Shown here: positions 12,951-25,239 of the stretch, piece by piece
Layout of the letters: each line of letters starts with the position of its first letter
Numbering within the stretch: position 1 is the first letter of the stretch
Assembly (NCBI GenBank): GCA_013239625.1
Contig: MU056000.1
Coordinates: 10,801,175-10,865,174 of the forward strand
Source of the DNA: Lama guanicoe
Lineage: Eukaryota
DNA length: 64,000 bases
Direction of reading: 5' to 3'
Made by a program: the position numbers and the translations under genes
Notes under the pieces: generated by a model
The model's database searches: none
Told to the model about the DNA's origin: nothing
The model's input: only the letters and a program-made list of their open reading frames with translations

Positions 12951-14139
12951 CTCATCAGTTTTCTTTTTTCCTTCTAATTAGTCTGTAGGCACTCTTTCTC
13001 TTGTTATGGGAGAGTGATTTTGTGCCCTTGTGAAATTTAGTTCCATGAAAAAAGAGAGCCAATCAGAATAGCTAGGTTCTAATTACTTGGTAATCAAACA
13101 TTACAAAAAAAAAAACCTGACTAAGTGCCAAAGGTAGGAAAGACCGACTCTCAGCCTGGGTCATGGCCCTGGACAAGTAGGTGTTACGACCCCTGGCAAA
13201 AGCAGCGTGTCCCCGGGGCCAGCACAGCCTTCCTCCCAGATCTGGGTATCAGATTTTGGCTGCAGTAATCAAGGAGGACTGTGCGATGGGGTGTTGGAAA
13301 TGGAACAGAATCTGGGAGTAGGAGGAACTAGACAAGATTGGGGGTCTATGGTCTCTTGATATTGGTAAGTTCTATGTTATGTACCCATAAAATAACTGAA
13401 GGGGCTTATCAGGGTCTCATTTTATGTAAGACCTCGAACAACAATGCAAGTGAGCGCAAAGCCAAACCTGCAAGAACTCCCTCTGGAGGCACTGGGTACC
13501 GGGCTGTTGGCGGACGCACAGTTCGATGGTGATGGGAAATACACCACTGTCTGCAGCAAAGAGTTCTCCCTCTCAGATGCAAACGATCACAACTGAGAAG
13601 GTGGAAAAGGATCTAAAACAGGGTGGGGTAGTTTTTGAAATTTGATAGATTTCAATCTACTTTTGCATGCTTAGACCATATTAATGTTATTTTCCTTACA
13701 GACAAGTTTTATTTGAAATATCCATTAATACGGGATTGAAAATAAGAGGACCAGCTTTTCATTTCTGCTTGTGTGAACATGGCAGAAGAGAATGGAGCCT
13801 CTGAGAGTCACTGCCAAACACGAGCAGAATGGCTCTCCCCTGTCCTACCCTTTCTGACAGTCCCAGGACCTCCGTGTTGCTCCCTTGAGATCTGGTATAG
13901 ACAGGCTGGCTGTTTAATGAGTTATCTCTCAGTTCCTCACAGAGGGACTCAAGGGCTCATCTTAGAAACCATCAAAAATAGTTTCATAGTTAATGAAAAT
14001 GAGAGCAGACATGAGAGAAGGTGACATCAGTGAGCAGTGTCCTCTGAAGTCAAAATATGTGAACAACTTCACAATGTTGAAAATGATACAGAAAACAATC
14101 TGGACTTTTCAGACACATCAGTGTCATGAATGACAAAGT

Positions 14140-14570
14140 GTCCTGGATGAAGCTGAGGTGGCATAATAATCAAATGCAACATGTGAACCTCGAGTGAAGC
14201 TTGGATCAGGAAAAAGAAAAAGTGTGAAAAATGTTTTGGGGGAGTAATTGCAAACAACTGAAATATCGACTCTGTATTACGTAATGTTATTGATTTGATG
14301 TTAATCTTCTCAAGTGTGGCATTGATATCCTGGTTATAGAGAGGACCCTTATTCTTGGGACATAAATGGAAAATTTTTCAGGCTGATGTCTAATGATGAC
14401 TGCAACTTGCTGTCCCATCATTCAGAAGAAAAAAAAAGTAGATGGAAAATAGATAAAACAGACAAATATTAACAATTGGTGAATCCAAAGGGCAGGATTA
14501 CAGGTGTTTCATGATATTATGTATTCAGCTTTTTTGAAAGATTGAAAATTTTCCAAATAAACAATTGGGG
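14140..14570 (+). mobile_element. Ancient L1 (L1MC/L1ME-like) 3' UTR
   Basis: ttaacaattggtgaatccaaagggcaggattacaggtgtttcatgatattat...gaaaattttccaaataaac. Confidence 0.75.
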
Positions 14571-14735
14571 GGACATGGTCCCTAATGCTGTCCCTCTTTT
14601 CTGGAATGCCACGTACGGGACTCATCTCACAGATCAGCATCACCATCCGAGTGTCCTCTGTGCAGGTGTTGTTTTGACACATATTTCTCTGTTTGTTTTA
14701 TTAAATCATTGCAGAAAAATTCTTTTGGGCAGTGA

Positions 14736-14811
14736 TTCTTCTTCTTCTTCCTTTTCCTTCCTTCTTCTTCCTTCTCCTTCTCCTTCTTCTTCTTCCTCTT
14801 CCTCTTTCTTT
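14736..14811. repeat. (CTT)n-type pyrimidine microsatellite
   Basis: Directly visible. Confidence 0.9.
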
Positions 14812-15074
14812 GATCATCTTTTGTTTTTCCCAGCATGGTGCCTTGGCTGTGTACACACTTAGCAGGCTGGAAATAACTGTCATACTTTTAAAAAAGTGAA
14901 ATCTATTGTAAATACATGTCACGAGTAAGATGAATCACCTTGGGCACGTTACTTCACGTTTTGGAGTGTATTAACTTCCCCAGCCCCCAAAACGCCCATG
15001 TGTGTGAACGTGATCTCCAAGCTCCCTTTTGGGCGGTTGGTGTCTGAGTCCAGCGCTCCTGCTCGCTCCGGGAG

Positions 15075-15093
15075 TGGCCACGAGATGGCAGTG
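15075..15093 (+). promoter_or_regulatory. Candidate CTCF binding site
   Basis: tggccacgagatggcagtg closely matches the CTCF core (TGGCCASYAGRKGGCRSY); lies in a locally CpG-richer patch. Confidence 0.6.
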
Positions 15094-17409
15094 TTTCAGA
15101 ACGTTGTTCTAGTTGGAAGGAAGGTGTGAGCGTGGCTGACGGGCTGAAGGGGCATCAGTGGCAGAAGGTTGGCAGATCTAATACCGTGCTCATCATCCAA
15201 GAGCTTTGAAACAAGGACTTCGAAAGCATGTTGGGAAAAAGACACTGTGAGTCGCCCTTGTTACACCCCTTGGCTAGAGCTCAAGTAGTTTATAGAGCAA
15301 TAATCCCACGAACTCCATGAAATATTTTCTTGTCTGTGCTAACACTGTCTGTCATTCCCCTCTAGCTATGTATGTGGTAATGTATTATTGCAAGGATGTC
15401 ACCCAGCATCTCTCTCTGTTAGCCCATGACTCATTACGTTTGCATCTTAAGAAATGTAAACTACATTCAGCTCTCTTTCTGTGGCATGAATTCTAAACAC
15501 AATCAATTACCAGCGACTAGTCATCCCTCTTCTGGGTGTCTTTAGAATTATGGATGTGTGAGTGTTTCCATTACACTTCCATTAACCTTCAGCATCAAAG
15601 AAAATGTTTCTCACTTAGAACCTTGACATCGGATGTAATCTTTAACGGGTTCAATCTTTAATACTGGGCTTTTGTATCATGGTCTGTAAGGACCTAATGA
15701 GTGAATTCTATGATTCCTACGTTCCTGTGACAAAGAAAACCAAGGTCATTTTTGTCCAAAGTCCAGTGCGGACTCAGTAAATTCCAGAGGAAGTCTAATA
15801 GGAATAAAACTTGATGGCTTTGCAGTTATCTTTGGATGCACTTCAGACTGAGGCTATAGATCACTGTAAACGTCTAGGCGAGTTCAGGGTTGGTGAAGCC
15901 AAACCCAAAGCTTGTGAAAAGGTGAGGAGGCTGCCCTGAGACCCTCTCAGCGAGTGTGGTCTCCCCACTCCATAAATCTGCTTGTAGGCACGTCTCCGGT
16001 GTGGGCTCTTTGGCAGGAGCCCCTCTCAGATCTGTGGGGTGAGCTTGATGTCTGGAGAAGCATCATTTGGGTTCTTTTCCTCTGACAGCCTCCTGATAAA
16101 TTCTTCCCCCAAATGGACAGACACTTGAGCAACTGTGCTTAATAGATTATCGTGTTAAGAGCGGTCTAACTTTAGGATTACCCAAGGCTGAATGAAGTGC
16201 AAATGCTTGTCTTTCACTTGGTGGGTCCACAAACTGAATTAAGCCCTAGCTCATTAATCAGGTCAACTGGCAAAAGGGCTTCCTACTGGGTAAGGATGCA
16301 GTGACGTGCATGGGAAAGCCTGGGCTTGGGCTGGTATCTATGAACCCAAATTCTCATAGTCTGCCTGGTGGGTAGAGGGTATTTAGCTATTTCAAAATTA
16401 TGGATTATTTTTTGTTTCTGGTTTTCTAAAAACTCCAGGGATTAATTGTGGACTGTGTGGGGTCTGTTATTTTGTTTATACACATCAAAACTCAGTACTT
16501 TGTCTCTGACATCAAGACATACTGTTCTTATCAAGACTTGATTCCTAAGATCTGTATTGATTATAGATTAGTTCCTTCCCCACCCCTCACCATTGGAACT
16601 CACTTTATCACCCTGTAAAATGATGACTGGAACTAAAGTTTTCATAACAAAGCCTATCTTTGCCAATTGTTTGTAAAATTTTAACACCAGGAAAGGATCG
16701 GAATAATTTAGAAGTGCTTTAAGGCAGCTATTTCTTGACTGGTTGCGTGAAGCTACCACGGCGTCTAACAACTGTTCCTTTCAATATGTTAGCAAATTTC
16801 ACCATGGTAGATCATTCAGGTAGAAACTGTCCAGGGCACCCATTTTGTTTGTAAAGTGGCTCCAGTGTCCTGTAAGATTTAAGGATTCTAACATTTAATA
16901 GTAGCTGGAGATAACTATGCTTTCAGAAAGAAAGATTCCAATACAATAGCTTCAGTGAGAAGGTGTCCTGTTTTATAATTCAAGGAATGCAAAGTAGAAG
17001 ATGCTTTAGATATTGCATGGGTCAGAGTTGCCTTCACTTGAGTGGAAATCCAACACTAAACCCCTCGTTGTTGGAAATGTGAATGATTTCAACACGATTG
17101 CTACTTCTTTTAAGGCATGGGCCCCCACAGCTGTCAGATATGTTACCATCACCTCTTAGGACGTTTGCTATTTCAGATTTTAGCACACAGAACAGCTCTA
17201 GGGGTCATCTTCTGTTTCTTTCTTTTACTCCTGATATTTAAAGAGGCGAATCCTTGGCATATTCCCCCTTTAAGAGCAGAAACATCGCAGAGCAGGATCT
17301 GGGACAATTTTTGACGACCCATCCCTGTACTCCTATGCCTTCTCCCCAGCTCCCCGCTCTGAGGACACAAGAGTGAATATGATGATGTCAGTCATAGAGT
17401 GACAGAGGG

Positions 17410-18190
17410 CCAGAAAAACAGGGAATGAGATAATTTTTCTAAATGGGATCATGAAGACTGTATTTCTGGATAACAAGCTATTTGATCCAAGCTTTGAAGA
17501 GTATGCAGTATTTTAAAAGGCACTTTGGGGAAACTGAGCCTTTAGCCAGTAGTGGCAGTAAGAGGGGATGAGAAGAATGCTTGGCAGGTTTGACTAGTGC
17601 CAGGCAGCCCAATGCACATGGATTAGAGTGTGCGTGTATCTGAAGCATAGACCTCAGCGAAACCTGGAAAGTTAGTTTGGGTCTAGAGCAATGGTGGCCC
17701 CCAATGCCACGTGGAGGGGCTTGATTTCCAGTCTTTCAGCAACATGAGCCAGTGGCAATACCGGAAAAAGAGAGTGACATAAAGCCTACGTGAATAGTCA
17801 GTAATAAGGCACTCACTGGCTGCAGGCATAGTTCTAGTGCTTCTCAGACATGAATGCATTGCATTTTCTCAATAATCCCATGGAGTAAATACAATCACCC
17901 CCCACTTAAGTGGAAGCAAGGGGAATTTGAGCAATTTACTCAAGGTCACATACCAGAAGTGGCAGAACCAGAAGCCACACCAAAGAAGACTGGCTCCTGA
18001 GTCTGGGCTCTGGACCATTACCTTGTTTGGGGGCAGTGTTGGCCTGGAGTGAGTCCAGAGGGAAGGAGAAGGTGTTGCAATAACAAGAAGAGACACGAGG
18101 GGCTCAAACTAGCTCATGAAGTGCAAGGGGCAAAGTGGAGATGACAAAAGAACTTGTAGAGGAAACAGTAACCTTGGCCTTGGTGGAGAA
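17410..18190 (-). mobile_element. L2 fragment interrupted by a MIR
   Basis: Purine-rich antisense L2 motifs (aatgccacgtggaggggcttgatt, gagagtgacat, gttgcaataacaagaagagacacgagg). Confidence 0.5.
17800..18020 (-). mobile_element. MIR SINE
   Basis: aatttactcaaggtcacataccagaagtggcagaaccagaa...gactggctcctgagtctgggctct. Confidence 0.8.
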
Positions 18191-19179
18191 GTAAGTCAAC
18201 TCTTCACATGTCATGGTTTTAAATCCCGCCATCTCTTAACGTTTCCCCCTATTCCTACTCACCTTGCACTTGTCTACTTCCCTCCACGCTCCAGGTAAGG
18301 TCTCACCTGGGCAGAGTCAAGGAAGGACACTACTTACTTCATTCTAAACATGTGACATGTGTTGATGTATCACTTTTCCAGAAGCTACATTACCTTGTTT
18401 GGTAAAACTTCTAAGTCTGTTCCCCATGATAACTGTGATGTTTCTAGAGAGATGCAAAGGAAGGACCTTTTAATTCAAAGGAAGGACCTTATATTTATCC
18501 CAGAACTGAAGTGTTTTTAGAAAATATCTGAAGACCAGAATAGAATGAGAATGCCATCTTACTCAGTTTGGGAACTCTCTACTCTCAACTTTGGATCATT
18601 GATCTGCCCAATGTGGTTTATTAATCACTCAGAACAATCCAACTGGTTTCTTTGCCATGTTTTGCTTTCATGTGAAAGCTTGGCTAGAAAAAGCCTCTCT
18701 CAAGCTAGGCATTTTTGTTAAAATCATTGTTCTTGTTAAAAATCATTGAATTGTGATGTGAGTGTGGTGTCTTCATTTATTAAATTGACCTTAGTAAGGG
18801 AACTGATATCATCATAACAGTATTGATGGTAGCATATCTTGGATTTATAAAGAAAGTTTTTACCCACTAATTGATTGGGAGCCATCAGGGAAAGACAGGA
18901 AACCCAAAAATGTAAATCAATTTGACATCAGTAATTTCTATTCCTTTCTTGAGTCAGCCACATAAGAAAGTGCCACGATATTAATGCAGACATTGCACAA
19001 TGAGCTGAAAAGGGGCTACAGTTTACCAAGCTTGTTGGAGCAATAGTCTAAGAAGAACCATTTAAGGAATGTCTGGGTGTGCATCCTGTCCTAGGAAGTT
19101 AAGAAGAAACAATGGAATTGGGGTTTGGGGCATATGGCACTAAGGAGGACTTCATGGGGCTGATTTTAGCAGGAAGAAA

Positions 19180-19370
19180 AGTTACATTTATTGAGTATCT
19201 GTTGACAGCCATGCTTATTTCAGTGGTGTTAAACCTAACCACACTCTGGGAGCTGGATATTTTTTGCCTCAGAAGAGGGCAGTTTTCTGTGGTCGTACGC
19301 ACGTGGTAAGTGATGGAGTGGAGCTTATGATCCCGGTCTGCCTGACTCTGGAGCTAAGCCTCTTGCCTCA
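19180..19370 (-). mobile_element. MIR SINE
   Basis: tacatttattgagtatctgttg...ggtaagtgatggagtggagcttatgatcccggtctgcctgactctggagc. Confidence 0.7.
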
Positions 19371-20954
19371 AGTAACTGAAGGTACCAGTCCTCCTTAGTA
19401 GCACAACAGGGTCTTCAGCTGTGGAAGGGACTCTGCGAATCATTTTAACATCACTGCTCATCTGCGATAGAGAAACAGACTCAGCAGTGGTCCAATTCAT
19501 TCCGTGTCATCTCCCCTTGAGCTGCGATGCCCATTTTGCTTTCTCTCCTTAGGGATATTTATGTGAAAACATAATCATAAACATAAATAATAAAACATAA
19601 GCAGTTTAAAAAACCATAGTATTTGTTTCTTAACAAAGTAGTTACAGGAGAATCTGTGTTTGACTTGATTTCTCCCTGAATCCTGACATGGCGCTGGTGG
19701 AACCTAGCGATAGGTCGTAATTACGAGCAATGGTAATTGCCAACAATGTAAAAATCATGACAACAATGAACTGATTATTCCTTAGACTCCTCATGGACTT
19801 TTCTATCCAGTAACTCAAAGGGAAATTCATGTAACCCATGATTTATAGAAATGTGATGTTAACATATTCAACACGTTTCTTGGATTGGTAACATAAAAGT
19901 AACTGTAGTAGGGCAGGAAAATTCAAAATGGGACATAGAATCATAGATTTCAGATTCTTGCCAACTAGGCAGTTATCTAAAATGGCCAGTGTATTAGCTC
20001 GTGAGTATCATGTAAGGTACTGCCATATGTATTACCATATTCCACCTCTTTGAGTGACAGCCACACTCCATGGCAGTGCTTTGTCATCTGGTCGGTCAAA
20101 AAGATTCATTTTGCTCTTCTCGAGAGAGGGAGAGGTTGGCTAGAGAGGAGAAAGATTCCTACAAGCAGAAGGCAAGCAATTTCCCACATTTCTTGGTTTC
20201 TTTAACTTCAAGGTGTCTTCTGTTTTCTTTACCCAAGGTTTCCTATCATTTCAGGGATAGGATGAAATTTAAGGTGATATTGATAATGTTTGTGGCTTTG
20301 CTGAGGGAGAAAGAGAGACAGAAGTTTTTCAACCAAGAGCATCACATGGACCTAATTCCTAGCCAGGAAGAGAATGGTGATAGCCAGCACTTCCACATTC
20401 CTGGCTGTGCTTACACGGTGCACTAATTATGCAGAACAAATCTGTTCCATGTCATCTCCCTTTAGCTTTGATGCCCCCATTTTTCTTTCTCTCCTTAGGA
20501 ATATTTACATGAAAATATCTGTTTCTTGAGAGTTTGTTTTTCCCTTCTCTTTTTGAGGGCTCCCCTCTCTTTGAAAGTAGTGACTTTCATCTTCAAGCTT
20601 AGAAGGTTGGATCCATACTGTTCTGCTTGTAACAACACAGGTCAGTTGCTAAGGAAACACATAAATTCACAGTTAGCATTAACAAAAGGCACTGAGTTAA
20701 AACAGAGAAGCTTTTAGCGTAATTGGAACCTACGATACGCATGAACAGTAACGTTTGCTAATAAATTCTGTCTTAATGAATTGGACTTAGCTTCTTCCCA
20801 AAGGATCAGTGTTAGGCTTTTTAGCATAGAAAGTGGTTTTAGAAAAAATCTTGTAAAAAGACTTAAAAAAAAAGATTTCTTGCATAACTTATAAAAGATC
20901 TTTTTAAAGACCACTTTAAAGGATCTTGCTTCCTGGCAAATAATCTAAGGATTC

Positions 20955-21195
20955 TTAGTAATAGTAGCCATCATAATAGCTAAATTTTGAGCCCTTGATT
21001 CAAGGGAGATACGATGCTGAGCATGTGGTAAGCATTAACATGCTGAATTATTAGTTACTATGGTAGTTGCAGGTAGGTGTTTTGATTGTCTGCATTTTAC
21101 AGATGAAGAACCTGAGTAACAGAGAGGCTACATGGCTCACTGAAGGACATCCGGGCAGAAGAGTGGCAGAGCGGTGATCTGAACTCAGGGAACGT
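20955..21195 (-). mobile_element. MIR SINE
   Basis: cattttacagatgaagaacctgagtaacagagaggctacatggctcactgaaggac...gtggcagagc. Confidence 0.8.
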
Positions 21196-22540
21196 GACAT
21201 TCTTGGTGGTAGACATAAATGGCCGTTAAGCTATGCTACCTCCCAGTCACGACCCCGTCGGTCACTCACGAAGTCAAATTTTAAAACTTGATAGTTTAAG
21301 AACCAGAAAGTAGGAATTTCAGTGGATAGGCAAAATTTTCCCACAATGGACTTTTCCCCCTCATTTCATCAATTGAAAAGCAAATTGGAGTCTGATTTAA
21401 AAAAAAAAAATTGGTGGGGAAGCTCTTCTTCCTGCAAGGGCAGAGGAGTAAATTCTAGAACATCATTTATTTCTACAGTAACTTCAACTGTATCAACCCT
21501 CAGCAAAACAGGAGTCGTAGGGCTGGAAGTGACATTGGCCAACTCACAGGAAACAGACCTGCCCTCTCTTGTTTCCTACCCTCTCCTTTGCACTGAATTA
21601 CTCTCTAAGCTATTTTTCGGACAAATCTTATTCAGTGATGAGACAGAATCAAGAACTTGTGGGTGAGGAACAGGCCTCCTAGAAGAGGTGTGTGTATGGG
21701 ATTCAATAGAGAGACTAGCTCTTTTCCTCCGATGTCCTCTTCAGGTACAGCATTCTTTTCTCTGCAAAAGAAACCGCCTTTCTTCAGAGAGCTGCTACAG
21801 TGCGTAAGTGTTCTTGAGATCAAGTGGGCTGTCTTGTTAGTGATGTGTTTCCGTATATACACAGGGATGTAGGAGTCCTTTCAAAATGGAAATCAATTGA
21901 ACTTGCGATGACCTAAAGCAATAAATTAAACTGACATAAGCAATGTTAACCTTGTTGACTTCTCAAGACTTAAATTAAAAGAAGTTTTTGTTTTTGGTTT
22001 TGATTTTTGTAGGAAGAACAGAATGATGCTGTCTTGTAGTTCATATTTTTCACTGAGAAATACCTAAGCATTCATCACAGGCATATCGCTGAAGTCCTTA
22101 TAGATATAATTTTCTATTTGGCTGCATTAGACTTGGTCTTTTCTCTCATCATCTCCACTATTTCAAAGAACACCATATATTTGAACTTCTGTGAAAGCGC
22201 CCCTTAATGAAAACAAAAAGAATAATTAACGGTCTCAGTAGCTCTGCTGCCAACAGTCCCTGTGGCTCTTTCCTGCTGGTATGTCAGCAAGGACAGACAC
22301 TGCATGCCAACAAGTCTTTTGACACACTTTCTGTTTCCTCTTCTCTGTGTACCTTACAACCAGCTCAGGATTGCAAATGTCCAATAGCAAGGTTAAAAGT
22401 ATTTTTCGTTATTATAATAGAAAATTGACAGATCACATGTGTCTCTTAAATGCAAAACATGCTTTTGAGTAAGGGGCAGTTTGGTGGGATATGCTACATC
22501 AGGAGCTTGTCATCACATTGGCTTTGGAATGGCTGGACCA

Positions 22541-22560
22541 GTGTGTGTGTGTGTGTGTGT
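22541..22560. repeat. (GT)10 microsatellite
   Basis: Directly visible. Confidence 0.95.
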
Positions 22561-22607
22561 ACACTTAAATGTGCATGAGTGTGCTGGCTCAGAAAGTACC
22601 TGTGCAT

Positions 22608-22840
22608 TTGGGATTAACAGATACACACTACTATATATAAAATAAATAAATGACAAGGACCTACTGTATAGCACAGGGAACTATATTTAATACCTTGTTA
22701 CAACATATAATAGAAAGGAATCTGAAAAAGAATGCATATATGTATTATACATATATGTGTGTGTATATATATAACTGAATCACTTTGTTGTACACCTGAA
22801 ACATTGTAAATCAACTATCCTTCAATAAAATTAAAAGAAA
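22608..22840 (+). mobile_element. 5'-truncated young L1 3' UTR
   Basis: ttgggattaacagatacacactactatatataaaata...caaggacctactgtatagcacagggaacta...cattgtaaatcaactatccttcaataaaa; homologous to 6195-6400. Confidence 0.92.
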
Positions 22841-22861
22841 GAAGAAGTATTTGAACACTCA

Positions 22862-22989
22862 CAGTACAATATTTAAGGAGGTCCTCACTCAGGGTTGTGT
22901 AAGTACAGAGTTGGTACTTGGAAGTAAGCGCCTCCTTAAATATCGGCCCTGGGTGGGTGGTCTCTCTCTTTCACCCCTGGCCCTGGCTC
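22862..22989. mobile_element. MER91-like palindromic DNA element (MITE), one arm truncated
   Basis: Inverted repeat atatttaaggagg (22869-22881) / cctccttaaatat (22931-22943); terminus ttcacccctggccctggctct. Confidence 0.6.
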
Positions 22990-23724
22990 TACTGTGAATT
23001 CCTAAACAGAAAGGGGTGAGGGGTAGAGGAGCCACTGGCTTAGTTTTCTGTCCCTTGTGACTAGTGAGGCCACACTTGGGTAAGGTCTGTGAGCTGGGCT
23101 AGATGTGGCGGGGCTGTACCTCTCAAGAAATTTTAAAGTCAAAAAAGCTGAAGGAGAGTTGCAAAATTTATGATGAGTTTAAAATGCTCTCAGTTTAACT
23201 CTCTCGTGCTTCAAATATACCCCCAAATACAATGTATTATAGTTGTGTTATTCAAAATAAATTTTATTAAAATTTATTAAAATATGATTTATTTAAATAT
23301 GAATTCATGATGCACTGTGGGTGGTACAGTTTATTAATGGCATTCATGTTTGAAACTGTCGTGAAGTGTTCTTTCACGCCTGCCAGCGAATCTCTCTAAT
23401 TGCGTGCATCCAGTCCTTTGCGGATGAGGCCAAGAGTCTGCATCTGAGGCCCTCCATCTACACGAGGCTTGAGGCATGTGGTCCATTAGCTCCTTCTTCT
23501 CTTCATAGGTCCTGTATCTGAGGCTGTAACCGGCAAACAGCTGTGGCAGTCAGTGTTGACACCCAGTCCCAACAGCCTCTTGCTCAAAGCAGCTCTGCCG
23601 AGAAGCAAAGCCATGAGTGACTCCTGAGAAGAAGCAGCAGAAAGAAACTTCAAGATGAAAAGGAGAGACTGGCCAAGGCATTCCCCCGGAGGAACAGGGA
23701 CCTTCAGATCAGGCAGGGACTCTC

Positions 23725-23877
23725 TACCAGCTCTGCATTAGGACCTCCTAGAAAGCTTGGAAAAAACACTGATGCCCAAGAACCTCCTCAGACCCATGAG
23801 GTCAGAATCTCTGAGATGGGTTGGACATTTCTATTTTTACAAAACTCTCTAGATGATTCTAATGTGTAGCTGGGTTG
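23725..23877. mobile_element. MER5-family hAT element
   Basis: cagacccatgaggtcagaatctctgagatggg...tttttacaaaactctctagatgattctaatgtgtagc. Confidence 0.75.
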
Positions 23878-24899
23878 TCAGGTATCTTATAAGGAGCTAG
23901 TAGGCGGTTGACCAGAAGCCCTTACTCATTCTTTCTACTGGAAATTTGGTGACTTTTGTTTGGTGGGGACAAGGAAGGATGGCTCTAAAGGGGAAGGAGA
24001 ATGGAGAATGCCTAGAAAAGATGCCATTTCCTGGCTTCTACTGCCTGGGGAGACAAGGAGCCATCATTTGGGAGTGAATAGGAAACCTACTAATCCTGTC
24101 AATGAGACATGAATAGAGAAATAAAACCATATTCCCCAGTTTTATTTCAGACCCTTGACTTCTTTTCTACAACTGCAGTCATTTCTGAACCCTATGCCTC
24201 AAAGATGCATGAGGACAGAGAAAGCTAACAAAGCTTTTATTACTGATAATCCAAGGCAGCTATAATGATTTCCCATCCATCCTAGCCCTAGTGGCCAAAG
24301 GGATGTGGCTCTCACATGAGAAGCATCAAGATGACTGGAGATGAGGTTGCTTGTTTCCATGGTTTAAAACTTTAACCTATCTCTCTAGCTTGAGTGATGC
24401 CCAAAACAAAGACAAAAAACAAACTAGAGGATTACACAATCTACTCTGGAAACCTAAGAAGCATTTAGGTTGAATATGAAAAAAAATAAGGAAGAATTTT
24501 TTCCAAACGTAACTGGAAACTTTCCCTGTTGGTTTTGTCAGATTCTTAGTGGACTAAATTCAAATGTCTGTAGCAAGTCTATGGCTGATGTAAATGTTAG
24601 GAGTGGACCTGTCCTAAGATCCTAAATTTCTGGAGCTGTGACCAGCACTGCCAACCTAGGTGCCTTGTCTTTCTAAATTCTACGTAGGCATATTTAAAAC
24701 AGCTGAAGAAAACCCATCCTCAGGCATAAACGCCCACAAGTGGTTGGTCAGAGCCCTCTTCCTTTGATGCGTAGATGCATTTTCTCCTTCTAAAAATTCT
24801 ATTCAATATTAGACTTTTTTTTTTCAGGAAAGCATTTGTCTGCATAGGCTTTTGTGCTGTAGAAAAGCAATTCTTCACATGCATATGATGACTACATGG

Positions 24900-25165
24900 A
24901 GGAACCTAGTGGAAAGGACATAAACATGATACACACTTGATTGCATGTCTGACTGGGCTGTGTACCAGCTGTGACTGTGGATGAGTGACTGATTCTCTCA
25001 CCCTCCCACCTCTAAGATGCAGATGAGAAGATCTTCCTAGCACATGGCTGTCAATCATCGTAAGCTAGTTCTCTTTTTTTCCTCTAACATTAAATGAGAC
25101 ACATGTAAAGTGTTTAGAACATGACCCAGTTCATAGTAGATGCTCAGTAAATGTCAGCAATTATC
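24900..25165 (+). mobile_element. MIR SINE
   Basis: taccagctgtgactgtggatgagtgactgattctctc...ttaaatgagacacatgtaaagtgtttagaaca...tgctcagtaaatgtcagc. Confidence 0.75.
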
Positions 25166-25239
25166 GTGTTTTGACATCATAAGCATTGTCCAGCCTATAT
25201 TATATGCTGAACATTTCCTTCTACAAATGAATAAATAGC

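Noticed and set aside
14542..14922. Ser-rich and Arg/Lys-rich ORFs
   Set aside because: Produced by the (CTT)n tract.
24281..24300. Second CTCF-like motif (minus strand tggccactagggctag)
   Set aside because: Lacks the GGCR 3' half of the core.
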